Source: Rickettsiales bacterium (GTDB lineage Bacteria > Pseudomonadota > Alphaproteobacteria > Rs-D84). Taken from it: a DNA stretch of 64,000 bases. Below are positions 16,447 through 24,638 of the stretch, piece by piece (position 1 is the first letter of the stretch; every line of letters begins with the position of its first letter). The stretch is taken from positions 97,232 to 161,231 of the forward strand of contig JAITJD010000009.1 of assembly GCA_031279085.1 (NCBI GenBank). The letters are read 5' to 3'. Both the position numbers and the translations under genes were made by a program. Under the pieces are notes generated by a model, which did not search any database, had not been told where the DNA came from, and saw only the letters and a program-made list of their open reading frames with translations.

Positions 16447-17154
16447 TTACAGGCGGCCACCGTCGGCAATAATCACGGTTCCATTTACATAACTTGCGTC
16501 ATCGCTAGCCAAGAATTTTATAATTTTTGCCATTTCTGATGGCTGGGAAATTCGTTTCAAACAAACTTTTTCTGCTTCTTCTGCCAAATAATCGACAGAC
16601 AAGTCCTTGTTCATATCAGTATTTACCCAACCTGGCGCAATAGCGTTCACATTTACATACGGTGAAAATTCAATCGCAAGACTTTTAGTCAGTGATATTA
16701 TTGCGGCCTTACTGGCATTATAGTCTATTGCATAAGGCGAAAAGTCGTTTATTCCGCTAGTGCTTGAAACATTCACGATTTTGCCAAATTTGTTTTTAAC
16801 CATAATTTCTCCGACATATTTTGACATTGCAAACATACCAATCAAGTTTACATCCAAAGTGCGTCGCCAATCTTCAACAGAGCGTTCGTAGAATTCTTTA
16901 TCTATCGCCATACCTGCATTATTTACAAGCACATCTATCTTGCCAAATTCCGCAATAACCGCATCAACCGCATTTTTTACTGCTTTTTCATCAGAAATAT
17001 CGACAATAATTTCTTTCGCAACTTTTAGGTCCGTTTTTACAAACGGATTGCTATGCAAAATTATAACCTTTGCGCCCAATGCAATAAATTCCTGCGCGGT
17101 CGCATATCCAATGCCGCGACTGCCGCCAGTTACTAAAACAACTTTATCTTTCAT
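16447..17154 (-). CDS. short-chain dehydrogenase/reductase (FabG-like)
   Basis: TGGSRGIG cofactor motif, NNAG, and catalytic Y..ASK(AA). GAGG SD upstream of ATG 17154. Confidence 0.85.
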   Translation of the reverse strand: MKDKVVLVTGGSRGIGYATAQEFIALGAKVIILHSNPFVKTDLKVAKEIIVDISDEKAVKNAVDAVIAEFGKIDVLVNNAGMAIDKEFYERSVEDWRRTLDVNLIGMFAMSKYVGEIMVKNKFGKIVNVSSTSGINDFSPYAIDYNASKAAIISLTKSLAIEFSPYVNVNAIAPGWVNTDMNKDLSVDYLAEEAEKVCLKRISQPSEMAKIIKFLASDDASYVNGTVIIADGGRL

Positions 17155-17214
17155 ATTGTTACCTCTTCACTTTTCAAAAGTGTAAAGGATTTTGTTGAAA
17201 AAATGAAGTATATT

Positions 17215-17479
17215 TTATTGTTTGTCCTTTATAAAGGACAATATTTTTGCGTCTTTCAAACTTGAACTGTCTTTTCGTACCGCTCCACAGTAATTAATCT
17301 TTGGGCGACTGGCGATTATTGACTATAAAAAATAGTTCCGCGCAAAAAACAAAACCCGCAAGCGCAAAGGCTTTGCGGGTTTGTTTGTCATTTGCGCCAA
17401 ATGTCCATGTCCGCTATATGTCTTTTTTCTCACTTGTCCTTTATAAAGGACAATATTTTTGTGTCTTTCAAACTTGAAC
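17215..17479 (-). repeat. family-B repeat block: a complete 'empty' unit between the palindromes at 17222 and 17434
   Basis: Palindrome, Seg2, CCACAGTAATTAATC..., hairpin AAAACCCGCAAGCGCAAAGGCTTTGCGGGTTT, R motif 17404-17433, then palindrome again. Confidence 0.85.
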
Positions 17480-17586
17480 GAGGGTATGCAGCCGGATTCA
17501 ATCGCCGCGCAGACGGGCGAATTCAACGAGATGTTGTCCGCGCTGTACAATGCCGACAATTATCATTCTGAAACAACGATTGTGAT

Positions 17587-17949
17587 ATGAACAACCCCGC
17601 TGAAAATGTTTTAGAAAAACTGAATCCAAACCCGATAAGGCAGATGCTGTCCGAAATAAGCGCTGTCGCGGGTTCTGATAAGATTCTGCCGGACGAGTTT
17701 CCGCAAAAGGGGTCTGTTTTGCGGGAATTTGCGGACACTGCAAAGGTTCCGGGAATTTTAAAACGAAATTTCAATGAAATGCTGGATATGGCAGGCAAAA
17801 TTAAACAAACTGGCAATAGCCCCGTGGCACTGGATGAATTTTACCATCGAAAAGCCCAATACGAAGCTGCTCAATTAGGTCTGCTGCCTGCTGCATTTGG
17901 ACAGATTTTAGGACTGGGAAAGAAGCAATTGATATACCAAAATATTTAA
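17587..17949 (+). CDS. hypothetical protein, possibly with a serum-amyloid-A-like segment; may be frameshifted or disrupted at its 3' end
   Basis: LDEFYHRKAQYEAAQLG resembles the SAA core [16 protein letters not shown] from memory. A short upstream ORF overlaps through ATGA. Confidence 0.35.
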   Translation: MNNPAENVLEKLNPNPIRQMLSEISAVAGSDKILPDEFPQKGSVLREFADTAKVPGILKRNFNEMLDMAGKIKQTGNSPVALDEFYHRKAQYEAAQLGLLPAAFGQILGLGKKQLIYQNI

Positions 17950-17997
17950 TTAAAGGTCAAAATATTAAAACAATCTTACGAGATGGTAAAAAAGATG

Positions 17998-19076
17998 GCT
18001 CTGTCCCTACCCATTGTGTCTTTTTTAGTTGTATTTAGCTAAGCTTAATCTGGACGATATTCAGCATTTTTTACAATATATGCTATTACATTTAAGGGAA
18101 CTCCATATTCCTCACTTATTTGCTCAAAAGATTTTTTAGATTTATTCCCATGAAAAATTTCTTGTAATAAATCTGCAGACTTACTAGGAGAAAGCCTATA
18201 TTCTTTGTTTATCTCAAATAGTTCTTCAATTAGCTTCGCAGGAATAATAATTCTCACAGATTTCGATTCTGTATTAGATTCTAACTTTATATCTCTTAAT
18301 CTCCACTCTGGATCATATACATCTTTATATATTTCATCAGTTGTTGTGTAATCAATATAATCATCATCTAAATATAAAGCTTCACTTTCTGATAATATTT
18401 TATTGCATTTTGTATGTTCTGCTTCTTCATCTTTTTTAAGTTTTTTATTTATAATGCGTGCTTTATTTCTTAGATAATCGCATTTTCTCTTGATTTGAAG
18501 AGCAAATACCAAGTCTTTCAATCTTTTGATTTCATCTTCTGTTTCCTGTTTCTTATCTTTTTTATCCTGTATCCAATCTTCAATTTTCACGCCGATTATT
18601 CCGAGCAATAATCCAGTTATACCAGCTATAACCCAAGTCATTTTATTTTCCTTTGTTTTCCATACATTATTTTAACAAATCAAAATCTACTTTTCTACTA
18701 AAAATATTAGTTCTATTTCTTAGATTTATAAACTCAAAATGGGAAAGCAATAGGATATGTTTAAGAAAAAAATTAAAACTATAAATCTTAATTTTGAAGA
18801 AGATATAATTGTTTGTAAGATAAAAGATGGAAAGTATTATATATTTTGATAGAAATGATATTTTTTCTTGTGGTACTAAATATATCATGTTTGAAGATGA
18901 AAAATGGTTAGATTCAGGATTACATCAAAGAATTTCTTTAAATTGTGATATAGAAGAAGGATCATATTATTATGGACTTATAAATAAATATAATCTTCTA
19001 AATAAAAAGAAGAATTAGACAATTTTATTAGTTTTAGTTAATTAGAGTCAAAAAGACACAATGGGTAGGACAGAGC
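17998..19076. mobile_element. 1.08-kb very AT-rich element bounded by 27/28-nt terminal inverted repeats (non-autonomous?)
   Basis: GCTCTGTCCCTACCCATTGTGTCTTTTT (17998-18025) against its reverse complement at 19050-19076, with a single 1-nt indel. Confidence 0.55.
18045..18641 (-). CDS. hypothetical membrane-anchored coiled-coil protein with a possible C-terminal HTH
   Basis: N-terminal TM segment MTWVIAGITGLLLGIIGV, a Lys/Glu-rich helix, and C-terminal SFEQISEEYGVPLNVIAYIVKN. Lies inside the TIR element. Low-GC codon usage. Confidence 0.45.
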   Translation of the reverse strand: MTWVIAGITGLLLGIIGVKIEDWIQDKKDKKQETEDEIKRLKDLVFALQIKRKCDYLRNKARIINKKLKKDEEAEHTKCNKILSESEALYLDDDYIDYTTTDEIYKDVYDPEWRLRDIKLESNTESKSVRIIIPAKLIEELFEINKEYRLSPSKSADLLQEIFHGNKSKKSFEQISEEYGVPLNVIAYIVKNAEYRPD

Positions 19077-19194
19077 GTTTTAATAATCTTGACGGCGCCA
19101 GAATGGGGATGTATAATCAAATCAATGCCGTGGATAATCCCGATATGACAAAACATATTCCTGGTTCAATGGCGCAATATTTAGAGGTACGCAA

Positions 19195-19551
19195 ATGAAA
19201 ACTGCTCTTAAAATTATATATGGCATATTTGCCGTCATCGGCGCGTTTGTGTCAATCTTATTGGTTTTTTCTATGATTTTCTTACCGTCAGAATATGAAC
19301 CAGATCCCACGCCAAATGAACCCGCTGATCCAAAAATATGCGCTGAATCAAACGGAGTGGTGAAAGAAGATGGTTTTTGCCATGTGGATTTCTGTGATAT
19401 TATCATGGATGATGCTGTCTGCAAAAAGATATTTTCCAGCATGGATAAGCCGCCTTGCAACGATCCTATGAACGGAGTCATTTGCGAGAGTATAAAAAAA
19501 GATAGAATGAAAGAAGCTGCTCGCGCAAAGAAAGTCAAATTAAAATTTTAA
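19195..19551 (+). CDS. hypothetical small membrane-anchored Cys-rich protein
   Basis: TM segment IIYGIFAVIGAFVSILLVFSMIFL followed by six Cys. No recognisable family. Confidence 0.4.
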   Translation: MKTALKIIYGIFAVIGAFVSILLVFSMIFLPSEYEPDPTPNEPADPKICAESNGVVKEDGFCHVDFCDIIMDDAVCKKIFSSMDKPPCNDPMNGVICESIKKDRMKEAARAKKVKLKF

Positions 19552-20253
19552 CATAAAAATAAGATATTATAAAAATTAGCCGCAGATATCGCTTTATGGT
19601 ATGGGCGCAGAAAAGAAGATGTGGATTACATGCGAAACCGCTATATTCGTGGATGGAGTAAAGACAGGGCAGAAGAAGAACAATCAAAGACTTGCAAAGA
19701 AATATTGACGGTGATAGAATCGGAAAAGAATATAGAGATAATCCAACTGGATTAGCCAAATATTTGGATAATTATAAGAATACCTCGCTGAAAGAATGGG
19801 AGCGTAAATATGGTAAAAGGAATAATTAAAGCAGCTGCCATTATACTCGCCGTGCCGTTGGCTTACGCTTTATTTTGCGTTATTTGTGTTTTTAGTTATT
19901 GGCACGAGTTTTAAAGGATTAAAATGAACAGTCAGAAGTTAACATTGAAAGAATGTATAATAGAACATCCTGTCGGGGTATTATTTGCATTCTGCGGGGT
20001 GTCTTTTCTTATGATTTGGCTGTTTTTAGTTCTAAGGTTATTCGGTATTATGACTTTATTACCTTGATTAAAGGACTATCAATGAGTGGGAAAAAAATAA
20101 ATCTGATTATGTATATTAAGAAATCTGTCAGATTGACATTTGTGATACTGGGGATATTTTTTGTGTACGGTATGGCGCTTATGATACTCGCCCCCGGTTC
20201 ATAATATTAAATATAATTATTTATAATTACAGCCGCCGCAAGGCGGTTTCTTA

Positions 20254-20634
20254 ATGGAGCAAAGCATGTTTTATAAAATTATATCCAAGACCAAAATAGA
20301 GCCCGCGCCAAGGATTCAAGGCGCGATTATTAACTTTCACAAAATGCCCGAAGAACATCTGAACGGCAAAGGGTATTTCCGGCTGGTCGAAGATGAATCA
20401 TGCGGTCTTGACGACGCAAAAGAATACTATCAATCAGGCAATGTCATCAAAGCCCGCGTCAAAAAAAACGCCAAGTACGATTACCGCGCAAAACGAGCCG
20501 CCGAATATCCGCCCGTAAGCGATATTATGGACGCGCTGCTGAAATCCATGGACGGCGATGACGAAGAACTGTCAACCATCATACGCCGCCGCCGCGAAAC
20601 CAAGCTGAAATACCCTAAACCCGCAACCGTGTAA
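20254..20634 (+). CDS. hypothetical protein, phage-like
   Basis: The C-terminal AEYPPVSDIMDALLK...KLKYPKP pattern recalls small phage tail-region proteins (memory only). Confidence 0.4.
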   Translation: MEQSMFYKIISKTKIEPAPRIQGAIINFHKMPEEHLNGKGYFRLVEDESCGLDDAKEYYQSGNVIKARVKKNAKYDYRAKRAAEYPPVSDIMDALLKSMDGDDEELSTIIRRRRETKLKYPKPATV

Positions 20635-20820
20635 ATGCTAAATGCCGACTGTAAATATTAAATCTTTTCAGGGAATACGCACGATAACCCCGGAGGGGGT
20701 TGAAGTCGCCGGCCGCCAATCAGCCGCTGATTCCAGCAATATTTATCTGCGCCCTAATCAGAACTCCGCCGGATTCGGACTTTATTCGCTGCCCAAGCTG
20801 TCAGAACTGGCGGTATTCCC

Positions 20821-21134
20821 AAAGGACAATATTTTTGTGTCTTTCAAACTTGAACTGTCTTTTCGTACTGCTTATTTGGCTTGTCCTTTATAAAGGACAT
20901 TGAATTATTTGTGTATGTCGGCGGTTTGGTATCGCGTCAATGCCTGCCGTGTCAGCCCATCTTGCCCCTTAAACAGCCATCCTGGCAACAAACGCCGGAA
21001 CTATAAAAAATGGTTTCACGCGAAAAACAAAACCCGCAGGCGCAAATACTTTGCGGGTTGTTTGTCATTTGCGCCAAATTTCTATGTCCGGTATATGTCG
21101 TTTTTCTCACTTGTCCTTTATAAAGGACAAATAT
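20821..21134 (-). repeat. family-B repeat block (half-palindrome 20821, palindromes 20881 [19/20] and 21111, R motif 21083)
   Basis: Same modules as 17215-17479. Includes the hairpin AAAACCCGCAGGCGCAAATACTTTGCGGGTT. Confidence 0.85.
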
Positions 21135-21440
21135 TTACCTAACTTCTGCTGTTAACTTTATATCAAACAGATTCAACAAGCGCAAAATGGTGACAAACTC
21201 CGGATTGCCGTTTGGCGATAACATATTATAAAATCCGCTTTTGGAAAGCCCAAGCATTTCAAAAGCACTTGAAATTCTTTGATTTGTTTTCGTCAATTCT
21301 CGCAGTATTGTTTTGATTTTTTCTATATCCAAATTATCCAGCGCGGCGGTTAATTCTGCGACAAGCGCCGTATCGATTTCTTTGTTTTTTATAAAATTTT
21401 CCCGTTCTATTTTTGGTTTGGATAAAATTGAAAATCTCAT
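21135..21440 (-). CDS. HigA-family addiction-module antidote protein (HTH), with no cognate toxin gene adjacent
   Basis: ...TAALDNLDIEKIKTILRELTK...LGLSKSGFYNMLSPNGNPEFVTILRLLNLFDIKLTAE matches the 'addiction module antidote' family pattern. GAGGG SD. Confidence 0.7.
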   Translation of the reverse strand: MRFSILSKPKIERENFIKNKEIDTALVAELTAALDNLDIEKIKTILRELTKTNQRISSAFEMLGLSKSGFYNMLSPNGNPEFVTILRLLNLFDIKLTAEVR

Positions 21441-21453
21441 ACTGCCCTCTATA

Positions 21454-21578
21454 TCTGATTTGCGATTTTATTATACCCTTGTCCTTTATAAAGGACAAGC
21501 AATAAATCAAGATTTGTAATAATTTGTAATAAACAGACACAAAATTATTTTGTTTATCTAGGTAGTGCGTCTGATTTC
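21454..21578 (-). repeat. 125-bp direct repeat copy 1 (promoter module TTGTCC-N17-TATAAT built on the palindrome)
   Basis: Differs at about 4 positions from 22033-22157. On the - strand the palindrome's left half acts as a -35 element, exactly 17 nt before TATAAT. Confidence 0.8.
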
Positions 21579-22013
21579 ATCGCATGCTGCCCTCTATCTG
21601 CTGATATCATTTGCTGCAATCTTTCGCGTCCAAGTGTTTTTTCCAGTTGTTTAAGAGCCCTCTTGACATTCGGGTCGGATTGGTTTACAATATTGTCAGT
21701 GGTTTGCAAAGACGATTGTTTTTGCAAACCACTAGTCATTTTTTTATCACCAACGGTGCTTTGACGAGCAGAAAGATGATTATCTAGTCGACTGCCAAAC
21801 GCTTGCCCGACAAGCGGTTCGGATGATGGATCGCGGCGACCATCCAAAGCACCTTTTTTTATATCCTGTTTTTACAAATACATTATTGCCGTCGGCGATT
21901 TTTCCGATAATACTGACATTCGCATTTTTGCCAGAATTATCAAACATTGTTTGTAATGTTGGGTATTGTCCGCGCGAAATTTGGCTATTTCTTCCGTGCA
22001 ATGCCGACTGCAA
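21554..22013 (-). pseudogene. hypothetical ~153-codon gene split by a frameshift in an A7 run
   Basis: ORFs 21780-22013 and 21554-21847 join as ...GYKKGALDGRRDPSS... if one A of the run (T7 at 21854-21860 on the + strand) is removed. Only a TTG start is available. Confidence 0.4.
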
Positions 22014-22032
22014 AACATCTGCAATATCATTT

Positions 22033-22157
22033 TCTGATTTGCGATTTTATTATAACCTTGTCCTTTATAAAGGACAAGCAATAAATCAAGATTTGTAATA
22101 ATTTGTAATAAACAGACACAAAATTATTTTGTTTATGTAGCTAGTGCGTCTGATTTC
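22033..22157 (-). repeat. 125-bp direct repeat copy 2 (promoter module)
   Basis: See 21454-21578. Contains the palindrome at 22058-22077. Confidence 0.8.
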
Positions 22158-22314
22158 TATGTAGCAAATATGTAGGTTTCTGATACCCCAATTTTGCTTT
22201 GTTTCGGCTCATTCTGCCGCAAATCCGTTTGAGCGGTAGTCGCGGCAAAGCATACCATTCTGGGTGTTTTTGCCGTGATTTAGAACATTTTGCTGGTGGA
22301 ACTATAAAGCAAAC

Positions 22315-23430
22315 TCACGGACACAAGGACAGCTGATTCAAAACATTCTGAACATCATTGTTAACTGAAACTGTTATTTCGCGCTGCAATCCGTCTGTAT
22401 AAGTGTAATTGAATTTTGCATTGGCAAATTCGGGCAAAGTTTTATATGCGTCTGCAAATGGCGCCAGCATAGCATGAAACCATTGGCGACCGCGGCACAG
22501 GCATCCGTTTCTGACATCTGATGCAACCGCCGCAGTCGCTGTGTTCGGGTATTTTACATCAAAATCTTTGTCCGACATCATCAGGCACCTGTTGCCAAGA
22601 TCATAAAAGTTTGCATCATCGGACAAGAACTTGTAAACCAAGCCGTCGGATGCGCCGGCGCGTTTTAATTCGTGCGCCATGCCGTCTATACAGCAGGCAC
22701 GGGCGGATTTCAGCAGCATTTTATATCTGTCCAGCATAGGAGCGGCTTCTGGCGCGGTGGCTTTGAGTTTGTTATTTACGCGCGCGGCCTCTATGAATTC
22801 GTTCATTTTTTCCGCGCGTATTTTCGGACTGCGGAAAGACACTGTTTCCCGGACCATGGGCTTTTTGCGCCAAATATCGCATTCGGCTTCTGTTTCAAAG
22901 GGACAGCCGTCGCTTTCAGTTTCAAACGCCTCCCTGACGGCGCAGGACAAATCTTGAGCCTGGTATTTCTTTGACCATAAGTCGTCGGTCGGCTTATGAG
23001 GAATCAGCAGCTCTTCCACTTGGTCTTGCACAGGCATATCTATTTCGCCGAGATAGATTTCGTCCATAGGTTCCAGAAACCAATCGCTGAAATCCTTATC
23101 CTTGTAATGCGATATGGAATCGTCCCAGATTGGAACGCCGTCGCGCCAGTCAACTGTTTTATAAAAATGGCTGTTTTTATATTCTTTATGGCTGCCGTCC
23201 CAAAGCGGAGCGCGATCATCGGAAACAGTCGGCTTTATGGATATTGTCTTGAAAGATTTGTAATTCGGCTGGATTAGCAGTACTTCGGTTTCCTTCGGGA
23301 AAGAATTTTCAAGTTCAATCTGCTGCTGCGGCCCTATGGCGCAGTCGTCCCACAGGCAATCAGAAGCGATTGATGCGGATACGCCGAATATACAGAAAAG
23401 GGTCGATAAAATAGCTATTTTTGACTTCAT
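22315..23430 (-). CDS. secreted hypothetical protein (371 aa, Cys-containing)
   Basis: The internal start ATG 23430 gives signal peptide MKSKIAILSTLFCIFGVSASIA. The longer listed ORF runs through an AT-rich promoter region. Confidence 0.55.
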   Translation of the reverse strand: MKSKIAILSTLFCIFGVSASIASDCLWDDCAIGPQQQIELENSFPKETEVLLIQPNYKSFKTISIKPTVSDDRAPLWDGSHKEYKNSHFYKTVDWRDGVPIWDDSISHYKDKDFSDWFLEPMDEIYLGEIDMPVQDQVEELLIPHKPTDDLWSKKYQAQDLSCAVREAFETESDGCPFETEAECDIWRKKPMVRETVSFRSPKIRAEKMNEFIEAARVNNKLKATAPEAAPMLDRYKMLLKSARACCIDGMAHELKRAGASDGLVYKFLSDDANFYDLGNRCLMMSDKDFDVKYPNTATAAVASDVRNGCLCRGRQWFHAMLAPFADAYKTLPEFANAKFNYTYTDGLQREITVSVNNDVQNVLNQLSLCP

Positions 23431-23587
23431 GATATAAATAATATCATAAAATTTGAAATAATTAAAATACAAAATAGAAAAAGCTTTTTTCTTGTTTATT
23501 TTGTGAATATGTTTATACTGAAAGTCGTCCGAGTATTCAAGGATTTGAATCCTGGATATCCTAATAAGGCATAAAAAAGGAAAAACG

Positions 23588-24526
23588 ATGAAAAAAATTT
23601 CGATTTTAGCGATTTTAGCGATAACCATATTCCCAGTTTTCGCAGAAGAATCCATCAAAGATGTCGCAAATGATTTGCAAGCGCAGCAGATATCTGATGA
23701 AATCGCCGCCGAGCCCGCTGAAATAAACAAAAAAACACAACATGAGGCAAATCCGGATATAAAGTTTCCGCGCGGATTGCAATTCGGTCTTGGCGCGTCT
23801 GCAACCAGCGGATTGAACGGCTTTGTCGGCTATGCCAACAAAAAGTTTGATTCATTCTGGTGGAAGCGCCTGGGCGTGCGCTTTGATTTCGCAACCACCA
23901 GCCCGATTAAATCAAGCATAAATTCAGCAATAGATTCCGCTTTATCCGACGGTGTGGAAATCGGTGATGGATTAACGATAGGCAGCGGCCAGCTGTCTGC
24001 AAAGCACTTGGCGGCATTGGTGGATTTTTATCCCTTTGGCGACACTTGGTTTTTAGGCGGCTGGCGCCTGACCGGCGGATACATGACGGGCAACATGGAT
24101 TTGTCTGCGAATTTGACGGGAAAAATGGAGGGTTTGCCGGAAGATTCAGTTCAATTTGAGCTGGACGGCCGTCATTATAAATATTCCGGAAACAGCATTC
24201 ATGGCAAGACCGGCGTGAATTGGAAGTATTCGGGGCCTTATTTGGGAACCGGTTTTGATTTGGGCTTGTTCTGGGGAATCAAAATATACATGGATGCGGG
24301 CGCGGTGTTTACCAGCAAAACCGCAGAAATGAATCTGGATGTTCCTTTGGCGGGACTGGAAACTAGCCCGAACGGAATAAGCGGATGGACGCCGGTCAAC
24401 CCGTCAAGCGCGGAAGAAGCCGCATTCAATATCGCCAAGCAAAACGCGCTGAACGAGGCGAATGAAGAGCTGCAAAAGTTGAAAATATACCCGATGGTAA
24501 AGTTGGGATTCATGTATAGGTTCTAA
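23588..24526 (+). CDS. outer-membrane beta-barrel protein
   Basis: Signal peptide MKKISILAILAITIFPVFAEE, Gly/aromatic strand pattern, and C-terminal KLGFMYRF. Confidence 0.6.
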   Translation: MKKISILAILAITIFPVFAEESIKDVANDLQAQQISDEIAAEPAEINKKTQHEANPDIKFPRGLQFGLGASATSGLNGFVGYANKKFDSFWWKRLGVRFDFATTSPIKSSINSAIDSALSDGVEIGDGLTIGSGQLSAKHLAALVDFYPFGDTWFLGGWRLTGGYMTGNMDLSANLTGKMEGLPEDSVQFELDGRHYKYSGNSIHGKTGVNWKYSGPYLGTGFDLGLFWGIKIYMDAGAVFTSKTAEMNLDVPLAGLETSPNGISGWTPVNPSSAEEAAFNIAKQNALNEANEELQKLKIYPMVKLGFMYRF

Positions 24527-24551
24527 AACTTTTTACAACTGATTCGGTTTA

Positions 24552-24598
24552 CTGCCAGGATTTTCCCCAGTCTGATATAAAATCTTGGCAGTTTTTTT
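24552..24598 (+). terminator. putative Rho-independent terminator
   Basis: CTGCCAGGA...TCTTGGCAG stem (one mismatch, 22-nt loop) followed by T7. Confidence 0.4.
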
Positions 24599-24608
24599 AT
24601 TTGATTTA

Positions 24609-24638
24609 TTGACGAGAATCTTTTAATAAAGTTATGAT
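24609..24638 (+). promoter_or_regulatory. candidate rRNA promoter P1 (TTGACG-N18-TATGAT)
   Basis: Hexamer match upstream of the 16S leader. Confidence 0.4.

Larger units (their letters stand above)
17480..20820. mobile_element. 3.3-kb insertion bounded by 35-bp direct repeats; AT-rich and phage-like cargo, no recombinase recognised
   Basis: AAAGGACAATATTTTTGTGTCTTTCAAACTTGAAC occurs at 17445-17479 and 20821-20855. Array consensus resumes only after the second copy. Confidence 0.5.

Noticed and set aside
19560-19830. Fragments of open frames on the + strand (…AADIALWYGRRKEDVDYMRNRYIRGWSKDRAEEEQ… and …NPTGLAKYLDNYKNTSLKEWERKYGKRNN*) suggesting a decayed gene.
   Set aside because: The frames are short and need at least one frameshift to join. 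No motif was recognised. They are noted only as possible pseudogene debris within the 3.3-kb insertion.
15411-22098. Small ORFs containing 'VLYKGQ'/'LYKGQ' (15411-15596, 20700-20903, 20900-21142, 21313-21519, 21823-22098, 21872-22081).
   Set aside because: The shared peptide is just the translation of the palindrome GTCCTTTATAAAGGACAA. These ORFs span repeat modules and are not genes.
15395-22157. Calling the palindrome-delimited array a classical integron.
   Set aside because: There is no intI-like tyrosine recombinase or attI in the window. The sites lack the attC R''/R' cores (RYYYAAC / GTTRRRY). The 20-mer is an exact palindrome, unlike attC. It is kept as an integron-like, unclassified architecture only.
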